The notes under the pieces were generated by a model that saw nothing but the letters and a program-made list of their open reading frames with translations, was not told the origin of the DNA and made no database searches. Shown here piece by piece: positions 1 to 10,105 of a DNA stretch of 64,000 nucleotides (positions within the stretch are counted from its first letter, which is position 1; each line of letters opens with the position of its first letter). A program made the translations under genes and the position numbers. The stretch is taken from positions 124,001-188,000 of IMG/VR virus record IMGVR_UViG_3300047320_000285. The stretch is one strand, 5' to 3'.

Positions 1-1057
1 TGCGATCCAGCACCGTTTCCCGATCCTTGTATTCGTCCATGGTGCGCTTGACCACCGCCTTCCAGAAGTCAATCACTGTGTCGGTCAGCTGGAAGACACC
101 GCTGCGCAGCTGGTCAAGCATCGCCAAAGCCTTCAGGATAGGCTGCAATTCCTTCCAGAACGCCGCATAGCCGTCCAGCATGGTCTTGGCCTTAGTACGG
201 AGTGCCTCATCGGTGCTCGCCCGTTCTGTAGCCTGTGTATGGCGCTGCGCCAGCTCCAGATCTTTCTCGATCAGTTCGATTTCTTTCTCCCACCGCATGA
301 ATGTTTCCACGGTAGCCGAGCCGGAGAGCGTCTGAGCCATCGCCGCCAATACTGCGGCCAGCTTGTCTGGGTTCGCAGGCAGCCGATCAGTGCCTTTGTT
401 CTTGTAGGCCACCGCAATCAGGTCGTGGATGGTCTGTAGTTTCTCAGGCAGACTTTCGAATTGAGCATGCACGGAGTCGATCTGCTTTTGCACGTTCTGG
501 GTATCATCGTCTTGCAACGGGTGGCTGGGTCCGAGCTTGGCGAGTGCCACCAACATCGCACTGGCCTTGACCACTTCGCTCTGGTTGCCGGTGTCGAGCA
601 TCTTCTCGACTGCTGCCACCGTCCCCAAGTAGGCCTTGGGGTCATCCAGCAAGGCGTGAGCGGTCGCAGACAGCTTGGCCGAATACTGCTTATCCAGACC
701 ATCGGCTTTTGCCACTGACTCCATGCGCGAGTCCGGATCAGCATCTTTGAAGCCGCGGATGGTTTCTTCCATCACCTCGTACTGATGGACGATCTCTTTG
801 TTGATCTTGCGACCCCGATCGCCCTTGACCTTGTTGAACAGCCACTTGGCGACACCTTTGATGGTAGCCAGCACCGCAGCGATCAGTTTAGCGATCTTGG
901 CCCAGATGGCGCGAGCCACGCCTTCCACCTTCTCGCCCAACGATTCCGTTGACAGCGCGAGCATGTCTTCCTGCGCACTCAGTGGCACCGCAATAAACAT
1001 CCCTTCAACAATCTCGACCTGCTCGCCTTCCAACGCGAGCTTGAGCAAACGTCCCAT
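1..1057 (-). CDS. Putative internal head (ejection/inner-body) protein, 3' end runs off the window
   Basis: Not in the ORF track because no stop falls in the window. Manual translation from ATG 1057 (SD AAGGA): MGRLLKLALEGEQVE...LALSTESLGEKVEGVARAIWAKIAKLIAAV...; sampled portions are stop-free down to base 1. N-terminal ALE/STE followed by an amphipathic helix is typical of phiKZ-like head proteins cut by the prohead protease. Confidence 0.7.
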   Translation of the reverse strand, partial: MGRLLKLALEGEQVEIVEGMFIAVPLSAQEDMLALSTESLGEKVEGVARAIWAKIAKLIAAVLATIKGVAKWLFNKVKGDRGRKINKEIVHQYEVMEETIRGFKDADPDSRMESVAKADGLDKQYSAKLSATAHALLDDPKAYLGTVAAVEKMLDTGNQSEVVKASAMLVALAKLGPSHPLQDDDTQNVQKQIDSVHAQFESLPEKLQTIHDLIAVAYKNKGTDRLPANPDKLAAVLAAMAQTLSGSATVETFMRWEKEIELIEKDLELAQRHTQATERASTDEALRTKAKTMLDGYAAFWKELQPILKALAMLDQLRSGVFQLTDTVIDFWKAVVKRTMDEYKDRETVLDR

Positions 1058-1070
1058 TATGCGTTATCCT

Positions 1071-1814
1071 TTACCAACGTTGATGTGGGGGGAGCGAGAG
1101 CAGATCGGCGTGGGCCATCTTGGCACTCAGGTAATCTTCCCGGGTGATCGGTTTCACCGTGAATTCTTTGTCATCCTGCCACGAGGAGACGTGCTGCTGG
1201 TAGGGGCCTTCCACTTTCCAGAAGCCGCGGTCCAGATGGTGGTTCTTGCTGAACTTCACCCCGCCTTCTTTGGTGATCTCGGCAAAGAGTTCCACTTCGG
1301 TGTAAGGCTTACGACCCGAGCGGGCAATCATGCGAATCGAGCGAAAGAACATCTTACCCGCATTGATCGCGGCGTACTCGACGGTTTCCGGGCTGTAGGT
1401 GGTGAGCCACGTCTCGTCCGATTGCTTGGCGTCGTACACCAGCTTGTTATTGGGCTTAAGTGCCGCGTCGAACGGAAACGCGTAGAGTTTCCAGCCGCCC
1501 TTGTAGGCTTCTTCTTCCTTGGTGCCATCACTGGCCAGCACCCGGAAGTCACCATCGGCCTGAGCGTAACCAATAAAGCAGCCCAAAATCGTCGGGGCCA
1601 CGGTAATGCGCGGCACCGTACGGTCTTCACTCGGTGCCTGACGACGACCAATCAGCGGGATCCATTTACGGATCGACGTGTTGGTGGACATATGCAGCAG
1701 GAAATCTTGCTCCAGCTCAACCGGAGTAACGATCTCCACATTGCGCTGGACCTTCTCCGACGCATGTTCCAGCCATTTTTCCAGTTGATCAACGGAGTCC
1801 ATAATCACCTGCAA
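1071..1814 (-). CDS. Hypothetical protein, possible ADP-ribosyltransferase-like fold
   Basis: 247-aa ORF with phage-like codon use. Motifs LHMS, EDRTVPRITVAPTILGC and VYDAKQSDETW. CDS is solid; the fold is inference. Confidence 0.7.
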   Translation of the reverse strand: MQVIMDSVDQLEKWLEHASEKVQRNVEIVTPVELEQDFLLHMSTNTSIRKWIPLIGRRQAPSEDRTVPRITVAPTILGCFIGYAQADGDFRVLASDGTKEEEAYKGGWKLYAFPFDAALKPNNKLVYDAKQSDETWLTTYSPETVEYAAINAGKMFFRSIRMIARSGRKPYTEVELFAEITKEGGVKFSKNHHLDRGFWKVEGPYQQHVSSWQDDKEFTVKPITREDYLSAKMAHADLLSLPPHQRW

Positions 1815-1854
1815 GTGAGGAAAATGTGAGAGGATTTACATAAAATCAGGCAAC

Positions 1855-1891
1855 GGCATAAAGCCCGGGGATTTCGCCCCGAGCCTTACGC
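1855..1891 (-). terminator. TATGCC-type hairpin terminator
   Basis: Minus strand reads stem TCGGGG/CCCCGG then GCTTTATGCCG, just downstream of the 1902-3293 gene. Confidence 0.55.
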
Positions 1892-1901
1892 GAGCCACGC
1901 T

Positions 1902-3293
1902 TCAGCGGGCTTGGAAGATCATCCGCAGCGACATGTAGTCGCAGTACTTCGCGCCCTTGATCGAACGAGCCATTTCCTTGGTCGCCGGGGACTTGAAACA
2001 CTCCTCGATGTTTTCCAAGAACTGCTGGACCTGACGAATCATGGCCGCCACTTCACGACCCGATTGCAGCTGATCCGAAGCGGTCTGTTCGAACTTGGTG
2101 AAAGTCGATTCGATCTTCTCGCCTTCTTGCTCGAACGCCTTGGCTTGCTTCAGATACGCGTCGACATGCTCCAGATACTGGAAGCCGGCATCGATAACCG
2201 TACCCACGTCTTCAGTGGTGAACTTGATGGTCATCTGTGCGCCCGACTTGATATTGCTGGCGTACGGAATCGCGTTCTTGGCAATCTTGAGGGCCGTGTG
2301 CTTCCAGCTGCCTGATTCGACCACTTTCTTGGGCGAGGCCAGTTCCGAGAGCTTGGCAAACGACTTGCCGCCAATCGACACGGGCTTGCGCTTGGTGCCG
2401 ACATCGACTTCCAGACCCGTGACCGAGAGGAACGGCTTACCGCCAATCAACGACCGATCGAACAACGCCGCCGGATGTTGCAAGCCTTCGATGGCTTGGG
2501 CAAGCCGAATCGCGTTGGCTTCGTCAGACAGCTTGGCTTGACCCAAGATGCCTTCGGCTTTGCCGTACAGCTCCGAGACCTTCTTCGGGTATTCGATCAA
2601 CACGTACGAGGACATCTTGACATCTTTCTCGATTTCCGGAATCAGGTCCTTCGCATCCCCATTATCGGTGGCAAAGTGATACCACATCTCGACGAGGTTG
2701 CCGGTGTGCTGGCGTTCGTGCCAGTCGTCTTTCTTGTGGTTGTACTCCGCCTTGCCCTTTTCCAGTCGCGTGCGGTACTTGCCGACGCGCGATTCGACGC
2801 TGCGAATCAAGTCGTTCCAGAAGTCACGGCTGTGCTTGCGCGAGACCACCCACTGCGTGGCCATGCGATGGAACCAGTTACGCAGAAACTCCAACGCCAT
2901 CTGGCCGCGTTGAGCCGGGGTGGTGTCGGCTTCCAGTGCCGGCAGCTCCATGGTTTCATCCACCCGGGCCAGTTCGTTGTTGATGCCGGTCTCAACCAGC
3001 TGCAACGCTTGGGGCGTACACTCGTCGGCTTCAAGCATCGACTCCAGTACAATCGCGTAGTCGTCAAGGTGTTCGAGCACGGCCGCAGTGGTTTCGATGT
3101 CGCGGCTTTGTGCAGCCAGTTCTTCGTCGGCATGCAGCAGATCTTCAACGAGGTTGTCGCCCCCGTCGATGAGAGCGGCTTCACCGACGTTGTCAGCGTG
3201 GTCCGTACTGGGTTCATCGCCCATACGGCTCCAAGTGCCACCACCGGGCGGTGGAAACTCTTCGACTGCAGGACGGCGGAGGGAGGAGCGCAT
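1902..3293 (-). CDS. Putative internal head protein (phiKZ-like, protease-processed)
   Basis: 463 aa. Acidic N-terminal region with AVE, PALE and MALE motifs followed by FLRNWFHRM, the propeptide + amphipathic helix layout of phiKZ inner-head paralogs. Confidence 0.7.
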   Translation of the reverse strand: MRSSLRRPAVEEFPPPGGGTWSRMGDEPSTDHADNVGEAALIDGGDNLVEDLLHADEELAAQSRDIETTAAVLEHLDDYAIVLESMLEADECTPQALQLVETGINNELARVDETMELPALEADTTPAQRGQMALEFLRNWFHRMATQWVVSRKHSRDFWNDLIRSVESRVGKYRTRLEKGKAEYNHKKDDWHERQHTGNLVEMWYHFATDNGDAKDLIPEIEKDVKMSSYVLIEYPKKVSELYGKAEGILGQAKLSDEANAIRLAQAIEGLQHPAALFDRSLIGGKPFLSVTGLEVDVGTKRKPVSIGGKSFAKLSELASPKKVVESGSWKHTALKIAKNAIPYASNIKSGAQMTIKFTTEDVGTVIDAGFQYLEHVDAYLKQAKAFEQEGEKIESTFTKFEQTASDQLQSGREVAAMIRQVQQFLENIEECFKSPATKEMARSIKGAKYCDYMSLRMIFQAR

Positions 3294-3332
3294 AAGAGAT
3301 CCTTAAATAGTTGAGTTAATACTCCAGAAGAT

Positions 3333-5357
3333 TTACCACGACAGCCATCTCGGCTTGCCGCGCAACTCCTGTGGATGGACGCCGACTAGATCACGAAACT
3401 CTTCAATCGCAATCGAGGGATCCATGGACTTCTTGCCCATGATTTGTTCCACCTGTTCCCGGCTCCACTGCATGATGTCCTTACTGCGGGTGGAGATATT
3501 GGGCAGGTTACCCGTGTCCAGATAGACGTTCCAGATGGTGCACGGAAACTTCTGGTCAAGTCGGTCGATGCGAGCGGTGGCCTGCTCGTACTCGTAGTCT
3601 CGAAACGGGGCGTTGGTCAGAATCGCGGTGGACGCCTCCACCACCGGCACGGCCGTGGAGAGTGAGTCGTACGTGGCCAGCAACGGATTGGCGTCTTCCT
3701 GTCGCTTAAACCGCTCCATGATCGCGGGTAAGTCCTTGTTGGTCTCACCATACACCACCAGCGGCTTATAACCCTCGCCTTGCAGATACGTCTCCATGGC
3801 TTTCACCACCGCTACGTACGAGGTGAAGATGATGGTCTTGCTGAGCGACGCATCGATCATCTCCGGCAGCCCCATGTGCGGCACCATGTCCACATGGCAC
3901 TGGGCGCGCTTCTTCCCCAGAATCCGACCCAAAGCTTCGCCCTGCACTTTCAGCTCGTAGTACTTCACCACCGAGCGGGCATCTAAGAACTGATGCTTCA
4001 GGTCACGCGGCAGGGTCGGGGCAATCATGCCTTTCTCGTACTTGTTACAGAACACCACCATGTCCTTCATGGTGGCTGGGTCGTAACCCGCGCGGATCGC
4101 ATCGACGTAGGCACGGTAAGTGCGGTACTGCTTGCGCTGCTCCTCGGCGTGCAGGGTCGCTTCAAACACCTGTAAGGCATCCCGGTAGACCTCGATAAAC
4201 AGCTCCATGTGCTCTTCGTAGTACGCCATGCGCTGCAAGATGAAACTCTTCATCTCCTCGCGGATCACGTCCAAGGTGTAGTCGCGACTGTTGGCAATCT
4301 GGATCTTGCGCTCGAAGGTCTGGGTCTGGTTATCGACCACATCCTTTTTCTCCACCTGAAACGTCAGCAGTCCCATGCGGTTACGCAGGATGTCATTGGC
4401 ACGGGCCGCGTTCTTCCCAAAGACGGCGAGGAACCGTTCTTTGGCATCTGCATCGAACAAGGTATCGATGGTCTCGAGCAAGGGCACCACTTCCTTACCG
4501 AGCGCCTTAAGCGGCGTACCGGAGGACCAGACGATATGCTTGGGGGTCAGCATCCGACACAGCTCAACGAACAGCTTGGAGCGGGTCGAATCCATCTCGT
4601 TGAGGTTATGCGACTCATCGAGCAGCACACACGGGTTGGTGACCATGTGGTGGCTGAACAACAGCTGGGCAAACGCCACCGCGCGATCGAGTTGCTCGTA
4701 GTGGAAGATGTAATACTTTTTGCCTGGCTTTAGCTCCTCACCACTCAAGGAATGCCAGTACGTCGGCGCTTTCTTGAAGCGATTCTTAAGCGTGGCTTCC
4801 CACACGTCGATCACCGAGTTCTTCGGCACGATCGCGATAGTGACATCGGCACGGGAGCACAGACTGATCGCCAGACAGCCAATTGTCTTGCCCGAACCCG
4901 GCACCGCCCCCAGCAGGTAGCCAGATAAGCCGTACTGGCTGACCTTCTGGTTGTAGGTCTCGAGGAACTCCTTCTGTTTAGGCAGCAGGTCAACCGTCAG
5001 TTGATCGAGCTGGCTGAAATCCAAGACATCCGGATGGTTCTGTTTAACCGAACGCATCCACGTATTCTGATAGATGAGATCCACGACACGCTGCAAGGCC
5101 CGGTAGTTCCGGACCGGATGCACGCGTTGCTCAAGCACTTGCTCAAGCGTGTAGACCACATCAGGCGCGAAAAACTTGTTGAACGTCAGGGAGCTGCGGT
5201 CATACTTGGTGAACATGTGCTGACCGACCTTGCTGGTCGACCAGATGTCCCGTATATCCCGCTGCACCGTCATCGCTGGCAAGCCTTCCACGACGATCTG
5301 GTCATGCACCTCATGCACCGAGATCGCTCCCACAAACCGCTTGACCGTGGAAAACAC
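3333..5357 (-). CDS. SF2 (SNF2/DEAD-like) helicase
   Basis: Walker A GAVPGSGKT, motif II LLDESH, motif III SSGT, C-terminal helicase motifs (LSTAVP, QATARIDR). Confidence 0.9.
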   Translation of the reverse strand: MFSTVKRFVGAISVHEVHDQIVVEGLPAMTVQRDIRDIWSTSKVGQHMFTKYDRSSLTFNKFFAPDVVYTLEQVLEQRVHPVRNYRALQRVVDLIYQNTWMRSVKQNHPDVLDFSQLDQLTVDLLPKQKEFLETYNQKVSQYGLSGYLLGAVPGSGKTIGCLAISLCSRADVTIAIVPKNSVIDVWEATLKNRFKKAPTYWHSLSGEELKPGKKYYIFHYEQLDRAVAFAQLLFSHHMVTNPCVLLDESHNLNEMDSTRSKLFVELCRMLTPKHIVWSSGTPLKALGKEVVPLLETIDTLFDADAKERFLAVFGKNAARANDILRNRMGLLTFQVEKKDVVDNQTQTFERKIQIANSRDYTLDVIREEMKSFILQRMAYYEEHMELFIEVYRDALQVFEATLHAEEQRKQYRTYRAYVDAIRAGYDPATMKDMVVFCNKYEKGMIAPTLPRDLKHQFLDARSVVKYYELKVQGEALGRILGKKRAQCHVDMVPHMGLPEMIDASLSKTIIFTSYVAVVKAMETYLQGEGYKPLVVYGETNKDLPAIMERFKRQEDANPLLATYDSLSTAVPVVEASTAILTNAPFRDYEYEQATARIDRLDQKFPCTIWNVYLDTGNLPNISTRSKDIMQWSREQVEQIMGKKSMDPSIAIEEFRDLVGVHPQELRGKPRWLSW

Positions 5358-5408
5358 AGTATCCCCTTATGAGTATCGGTGAGTATGATTAATCAGAAGA
5401 TTGAGCAC

Positions 5409-5445
5409 GGCATAGAGCCACCCATAATGGGTGGCCGCTTATGCC
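5409..5445 (-). terminator. GGCATA...TATGCC hairpin downstream of dnaB
   Basis: GGCATA-GA-GCCACCC-ATAAT-GGGTGGC-CGCT-TATGCC. Confidence 0.6.
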
Positions 5446-5447
5446 CC

Positions 5448-7028
5448 TTAGGCAAAGAGTGCTTGCGCGTCTTGCGGTTGCTCGTTTTCCCAGAACGGGG
5501 TTTCCTTACCCGAACCAATCGCGCCACCGCCCGGGCGACGCAGGGTCGTGTCCGGTCCGTTGATGTCGTCCAGAATCCCCAGTTGCGGATGGAATTCATG
5601 CACACAGTACTGGTCGAGGATCGGAGTTTGACCAGTGATCCGGTGCTTGCCACGTTGGTAGGTCTGGAAAGCCCGGCCACCGACTTTCTCGATGTGCAGA
5701 TACAGCTCGCCATCCACCTCTTGGTCGATCTGTCCTGAACCCGCGAAATAGCCCTTACCCGGCAGATCCTTGACGAAGTCGGTCTTGCCCTCACGGATCA
5801 ACTGCTTGCCCCCTGTGGAGATCTGATGTGGGGTCCAGAAGGCAATCTTGCGCGGGTTAAAGAAGTTGCGCACTCGCCGGAACATGTCACGTACGTCATG
5901 ACCGGCCGGGCCTTGTGAGCAACCGGTAGTCGGCAACATGTACAGGTAGTCGGCGAAACACGAATGCACTTCAAAGCCATCGGCTTCCCATTCGAGAATC
6001 TTGTTGCACAGCGACCGGTAGTCCCACTTGGTCGGATCCACCCGCAGCATGGTCGACTCATAGCCCGACACGCGCATCTTCTCGTACACGTACTTGCTGA
6101 TTTCTTCGGCCGACAAAGACTTCAGCTCTTCCTCTGTGACCACCGTGCGATTCTCGTTGGCCTTGAGTTTCATGTAGATGTAGCGCATGTTTTGCTCGAT
6201 GGTGTTCTCAAAACTGAAGAACACATTGAGCGGGGTCTTCTGCCGGTCAATCATCAACGGGGTATTGTACTGATTGATCTGACGGAAGACGTCCAGCGTG
6301 AAACCGGACTTGTTCATGTGCGGCAGTGCCGGCACAATCCATTCTTCGCCCCGTCGCAAGCCACCACGCAACATGCGGTTGATGCCCTGCCAGCCGGTTT
6401 GCAGAATCGACGAGCCATCCGCGTCTTCTTTCACCGAGTTGTAGACCTTGGCGATGGATTCGATATTGCTGAAAGTCACCTGTGAGACAATCGCCGGATC
6501 CTGACTGACCGCGTCTTGCTGGTAGGGTTCCAGCTCGCCGACCAGCTCCGCGACGAACTTGCGCATGTCGGGAATGGTCTCGGGCTTGAATACCAGCGCC
6601 ACGTTGGCTTTGTGCACCAGCGTCTTGACGTTCTCATTACGCAGGTGGTTCATCAGCGTGCGGCGGATATTCAGACAGGCCTTCTTGATCGAGCCTTCCT
6701 TCAGTTCGGCGGAGATGCCGCGCTCGAAGGTTTCGAACAGGGGGAGGTCATCCAGACAGTAGAGCTTGAGCGTCTGGAGGATCTCGAATTCCTCATACGT
6801 GTGATCAGTCGGATCATCCGCCATCGACAGGGCGAGGCGTTTGAGGCCGTCGAGCGTTTGCGAGGTCGGGTCCAGTGTGAGCTGCGTATTGGGAAGTTTC
6901 ACTAGCTGCAAGGCGTTGCGGACCAGCGCGGAAGAACGCTCGGTAATCGAGGGCAGTTGCGATTCACGATACAGCAGTGTAATCGCATTGACCAGCAACA
7001 TCTTGCTATCCAGAGGTTTGTTATCCAT
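5448..7028 (-). CDS. dnaB: DnaB-like replicative helicase (phiKZ gp118-like)
   Basis: GWQGINRMLRGGLRRGE, Walker A ALPHMNKS, FFSFEN, ADYL, TPHQIS, IDQEVD, RGKHR. Sits divergent to the gp119-capsid unit as in phiKZ. Confidence 0.9.
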   Translation of the reverse strand: MDNKPLDSKMLLVNAITLLYRESQLPSITERSSALVRNALQLVKLPNTQLTLDPTSQTLDGLKRLALSMADDPTDHTYEEFEILQTLKLYCLDDLPLFETFERGISAELKEGSIKKACLNIRRTLMNHLRNENVKTLVHKANVALVFKPETIPDMRKFVAELVGELEPYQQDAVSQDPAIVSQVTFSNIESIAKVYNSVKEDADGSSILQTGWQGINRMLRGGLRRGEEWIVPALPHMNKSGFTLDVFRQINQYNTPLMIDRQKTPLNVFFSFENTIEQNMRYIYMKLKANENRTVVTEEELKSLSAEEISKYVYEKMRVSGYESTMLRVDPTKWDYRSLCNKILEWEADGFEVHSCFADYLYMLPTTGCSQGPAGHDVRDMFRRVRNFFNPRKIAFWTPHQISTGGKQLIREGKTDFVKDLPGKGYFAGSGQIDQEVDGELYLHIEKVGGRAFQTYQRGKHRITGQTPILDQYCVHEFHPQLGILDDINGPDTTLRRPGGGAIGSGKETPFWENEQPQDAQALFA

Positions 7029-7086
7029 GTTTGTATAGTGGCAGCGTAAGGGGTATTCGTAGCTGTCAGTGTAAATATCACATCTT

Positions 7087-7090
7087 TATG
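7087..7090 (+). promoter_or_regulatory. Candidate late promoter core TATG upstream of the gp119-like/capsid operon
   Basis: TATG in an AT-rich divergent gap. TATG is the established phiKZ nvRNAP late-promoter core, and the equivalent phiKZ position carries promoter P119L. A 4-mer alone is weak. Confidence 0.45.
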
Positions 7091-7116
7091 ACTGCGATTA
7101 TTTCGCACAGACAGTC

Positions 7117-7788
7117 GTGTCAGGCAATATGACGAGCGGGTTAGTTCTTCCGCCCTGCATAAGAGAAGGCGACTGTGGAAAATTTTCATTCACTTCCTCT
7201 AAGGGCGGACCAGCGATGACCCACAGGAAAGACATCATTATTGTGCCGTACTGGGTGTACGAGTCGTTGCACCGCCACGGCATGAATCTGAGCGACTGCT
7301 TGGATTTCGAAAAGATTCGCGGGGTGTTCTCCCAGTCGGATCTGGTGCAGTTCCTCTGCAACCAAGCCGACATGAAGTACATCACCGGAAACGAGCAGAC
7401 CGGCCTTGAAGCTGATGCCGGGCTGTGGGGTAAGTGGAATCAAACGCTCATGACCGAAGACGCGAAGAAGCTGTTGTACAACGCGGTTTCGCCCATGTCG
7501 ACCGATCCCACCTTCCAACAGGCGGCACGGGATCGCCTGTTCAGCCCGGCCGTTAAACGCGCGCGGGATGAAGAAGCTTTTATTACATATGACATTGCAC
7601 CTGAAGTCGGGGCGATCGTCGTGTATCCCGGGCACTTCACCTCGGCAGTACTCGGAGAGCTTCAGGTCCGCGCCCTGCAGGCTATTCTGAAAGTATTGTA
7701 TGTGTACAACACACAGCACGAGGTGTCGCGCACACCGTGGTTCCGGCAGTATCTGACGGGGCTGTCTCTCAAGCAGGCTGCTGCCTGA
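7117..7788 (+). CDS. Conserved virion-associated protein (phiKZ gp119-like); start may be 7216
   Basis: 223-aa ORF between dnaB and the capsid gene, syntenic with phiKZ. Confidence 0.7.
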   Translation: MSGNMTSGLVLPPCIREGDCGKFSFTSSKGGPAMTHRKDIIIVPYWVYESLHRHGMNLSDCLDFEKIRGVFSQSDLVQFLCNQADMKYITGNEQTGLEADAGLWGKWNQTLMTEDAKKLLYNAVSPMSTDPTFQQAARDRLFSPAVKRARDEEAFITYDIAPEVGAIVVYPGHFTSAVLGELQVRALQAILKVLYVYNTQHEVSRTPWFRQYLTGLSLKQAAA

Positions 7789-7850
7789 GGACGCTGCCAT
7801 TGGCTTCTTTGCCCCAATCAAGCCTCTATTCAACGTTAAGGAAGACGTTC

Positions 7851-10097
7851 ATGTCCAGTCCGTTTCAACTCCGTGACAAATCCAAGGCCGGCACGATCGG
7901 CCACATGGTCCAACAACTCCACTCGGCGCTGAACCGCTCGGGCGCGTCCTTCGCCAGCAACGCTGCTGTGAAGCGTGTGATCTCGATGGAAGGCCTGAGC
8001 GACACGCAACAGACCGAGTTCACGACTTCGCTCGAGTCGTTGCAACTGTCGATCGGCGAAGTCTCGAAGACTTTCGACGAAGGCAAGGGCAAGTACAAGG
8101 TTGCCACCGAAAGCGGTGAAGAACTGCGTTTCTCGTCGCACACGACGGAAGCTCAGAAGTTCGCCGGTATGGTGGCTGGTATGCTCGCCGCTGACGTGCC
8201 GGGTTTCCTCGGTCGCTCGGTGACGCAGCAACCCGCGATGGAGCAGGGCCAGATGTTCGTCCCGGCATCGGGTGCCGACATGCTCGAGAAGCGCACGCAC
8301 GCGCTCGAAGCATACGACGAGAAGGAAAACAAGGAAACGACCGTGTATTCGGTCGCGTACAACATGCAGGCCGCCACGCAGGACGAGTTCGGCGAAGCGC
8401 TGTTCCCGACCTGTATCGTGACGCCGGACCAGTACGGTCTGACGATCTCGATGCGCCTGATCATGGTGATGGACGACCTGCGCCGCAACGCGTCGGGCGA
8501 AGCCATCCGTGACTTCCAGCGCAAGAACATCATCCGCGCAGCGATCGATCCGGCAGTCCTCCGCAACGATCTGACGAAGATCTTCCCGGTCGTGACCGAC
8601 GACGGCGTGGCACTGGGCAACTTCGTCGACGCTGCACTCGTGCCGCCGCAAACGATCGTCCACGAAGGTCAGTCGATCGAAACGGCACCGCTCGCCATTG
8701 GCGCGCAGTTCGACCTGCTGGGCATCTCGCAAACGGAAGCGCTGCTGCAAACGGGCACGCTCGACACGACCGACGCGATCGACCCGAACATCGTGCTCGG
8801 CGCGCTGTACATGTCGATTCAAGGCACGGTGGCCACGGTTGCCACGACGGAAGTCATCAAGTTCGGTAACGTCGGCCTGATGCAAGGTTCGACGATGACG
8901 GCGGCGCCGCAAGGCAACTACCGTCAGCAAATGCTGAACTTCGTGACGGACTCGCTGGCCGTCAACAAGAACACGGTGCTGAACGACGGCGCGGCTTCGG
9001 CCCTGCTGACCTCGCTGGTTACGGCTGGCGCGCAAGTCAAGCTGGCTGTCACGGTGGGCGGTAACGTCAACCTGCAGACGGCTGAAACGTCGATCTGGTC
9101 GGGCAAGGTTCAAGTCGCGGAAGTGCGTGACGCGAACAACAACGTGCTCGACATGACGACCGGCACGGGTCTGGCGTACAAGAACCTGTTCAACGGCGCG
9201 GTGATCTTCGGTTACGACCTCGACGCACGTCGTGTGAACACGAACCGTCGCGAGCGCGGCCAGCTGCTGGACATCACGTATCAAAACGTGATTTACGGCG
9301 TGCCGCTTCTGTCGCCGATCACGGCACCGCGTCCGCCGGCAGGTCCGCAGCAAGACGAAGCGAACTACTTGGCAGGTCTGATCACGGCAACGCGTATCCG
9401 TACGTCGAACGCCGCAGTCGCCAAGCTGCTCGAAGCTGAAGAAGCGCTGAAGGCATTCGTCACGACGAACCTCGGCGACGACCAGTTCGTCAAGCCGGAA
9501 ATCCTCGGCGTGGGTGGCTGGCTGGTGCAGCCGCAGTACCTGCAAGAAGACTACGCTGCACCGTCGGTCGTCGACAGCATCAAGTCGTACGAACGCGCTG
9601 CTGACATTCAGGCTTCGCTGGTCAACATGATCCGCGAAATGGCCTACCGCATGTACCGCGACTCCGGCTACAAGGCCGCAGCCAACGCGATGCACGGCGG
9701 TATCGCGCCGATGCCGACGGTCATCATCGCAACCGACACGTACATCGCGTCGTACCTGCAGGTGACGGGTGACTTCCGTACGCTCGGTAACGAGTTCAAC
9801 GTGAAGGTCGTGTCGACGACGAACAAGCTGATGAAGGGCAAGATCCGCATCACGTTCGGTGAGTTCGGCGAAGGCAAGGAAAACACCCCGAACCCGCTGC
9901 ACTTCGGCGTGATGGCGTGGAAGCCGGAACTGACGCTGATTCTGCCGACGGTGCGTAACGGTTCGAACAGCCGTGAAATCTCGGTTTCGCCGGCATTCCG
10001 CCACATCGTGAACCTGCCGATCATGGCATCGATCGACGTGTCGGGTATCGACGAAGTCGTGAACGCGAAGGTCGCCGTCAACTTCCACACGATCTGA
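7851..10097 (+). CDS. Major capsid protein precursor (phiKZ gp120-like)
   Basis: ATG 7851 with SD AAGGAAG, 748 aa, very strong codon bias. Propeptide with ISME/SLE/ATE/AME ends at THALE (residue 153), followed by AYDEKENKETTVYSVAYN. C-terminal NPLHFG and PAFRHIVNLPI. Confidence 0.95.
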   Translation: MSSPFQLRDKSKAGTIGHMVQQLHSALNRSGASFASNAAVKRVISMEGLSDTQQTEFTTSLESLQLSIGEVSKTFDEGKGKYKVATESGEELRFSSHTTEAQKFAGMVAGMLAADVPGFLGRSVTQQPAMEQGQMFVPASGADMLEKRTHALEAYDEKENKETTVYSVAYNMQAATQDEFGEALFPTCIVTPDQYGLTISMRLIMVMDDLRRNASGEAIRDFQRKNIIRAAIDPAVLRNDLTKIFPVVTDDGVALGNFVDAALVPPQTIVHEGQSIETAPLAIGAQFDLLGISQTEALLQTGTLDTTDAIDPNIVLGALYMSIQGTVATVATTEVIKFGNVGLMQGSTMTAAPQGNYRQQMLNFVTDSLAVNKNTVLNDGAASALLTSLVTAGAQVKLAVTVGGNVNLQTAETSIWSGKVQVAEVRDANNNVLDMTTGTGLAYKNLFNGAVIFGYDLDARRVNTNRRERGQLLDITYQNVIYGVPLLSPITAPRPPAGPQQDEANYLAGLITATRIRTSNAAVAKLLEAEEALKAFVTTNLGDDQFVKPEILGVGGWLVQPQYLQEDYAAPSVVDSIKSYERAADIQASLVNMIREMAYRMYRDSGYKAAANAMHGGIAPMPTVIIATDTYIASYLQVTGDFRTLGNEFNVKVVSTTNKLMKGKIRITFGEFGEGKENTPNPLHFGVMAWKPELTLILPTVRNGSNSREISVSPAFRHIVNLPIMASIDVSGIDEVVNAKVAVNFHTI

Positions 10098-10105
10098 GGG
10101 AATAG

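Noticed and set aside
798-1829. 343-aa plus-strand ORF
   Set aside because: Overlaps two better-supported minus-strand genes that have SD sites and recognisable motifs.
7737-7850. Upstream extension of the capsid ORF in the track
   Set aside because: Overlaps the previous gene; ATG 7851 has a good SD and gives the expected ~748 aa.
7836-10088. 750-aa antisense ORF opposite the capsid gene
   Set aside because: Shadow of strong codon bias in GC-rich DNA; no SD, Arg/Val/His-rich non-protein composition. The same applies to 14198-15778, 30536-32617, 39519-40766, 47176-48411 and 60812-62791.
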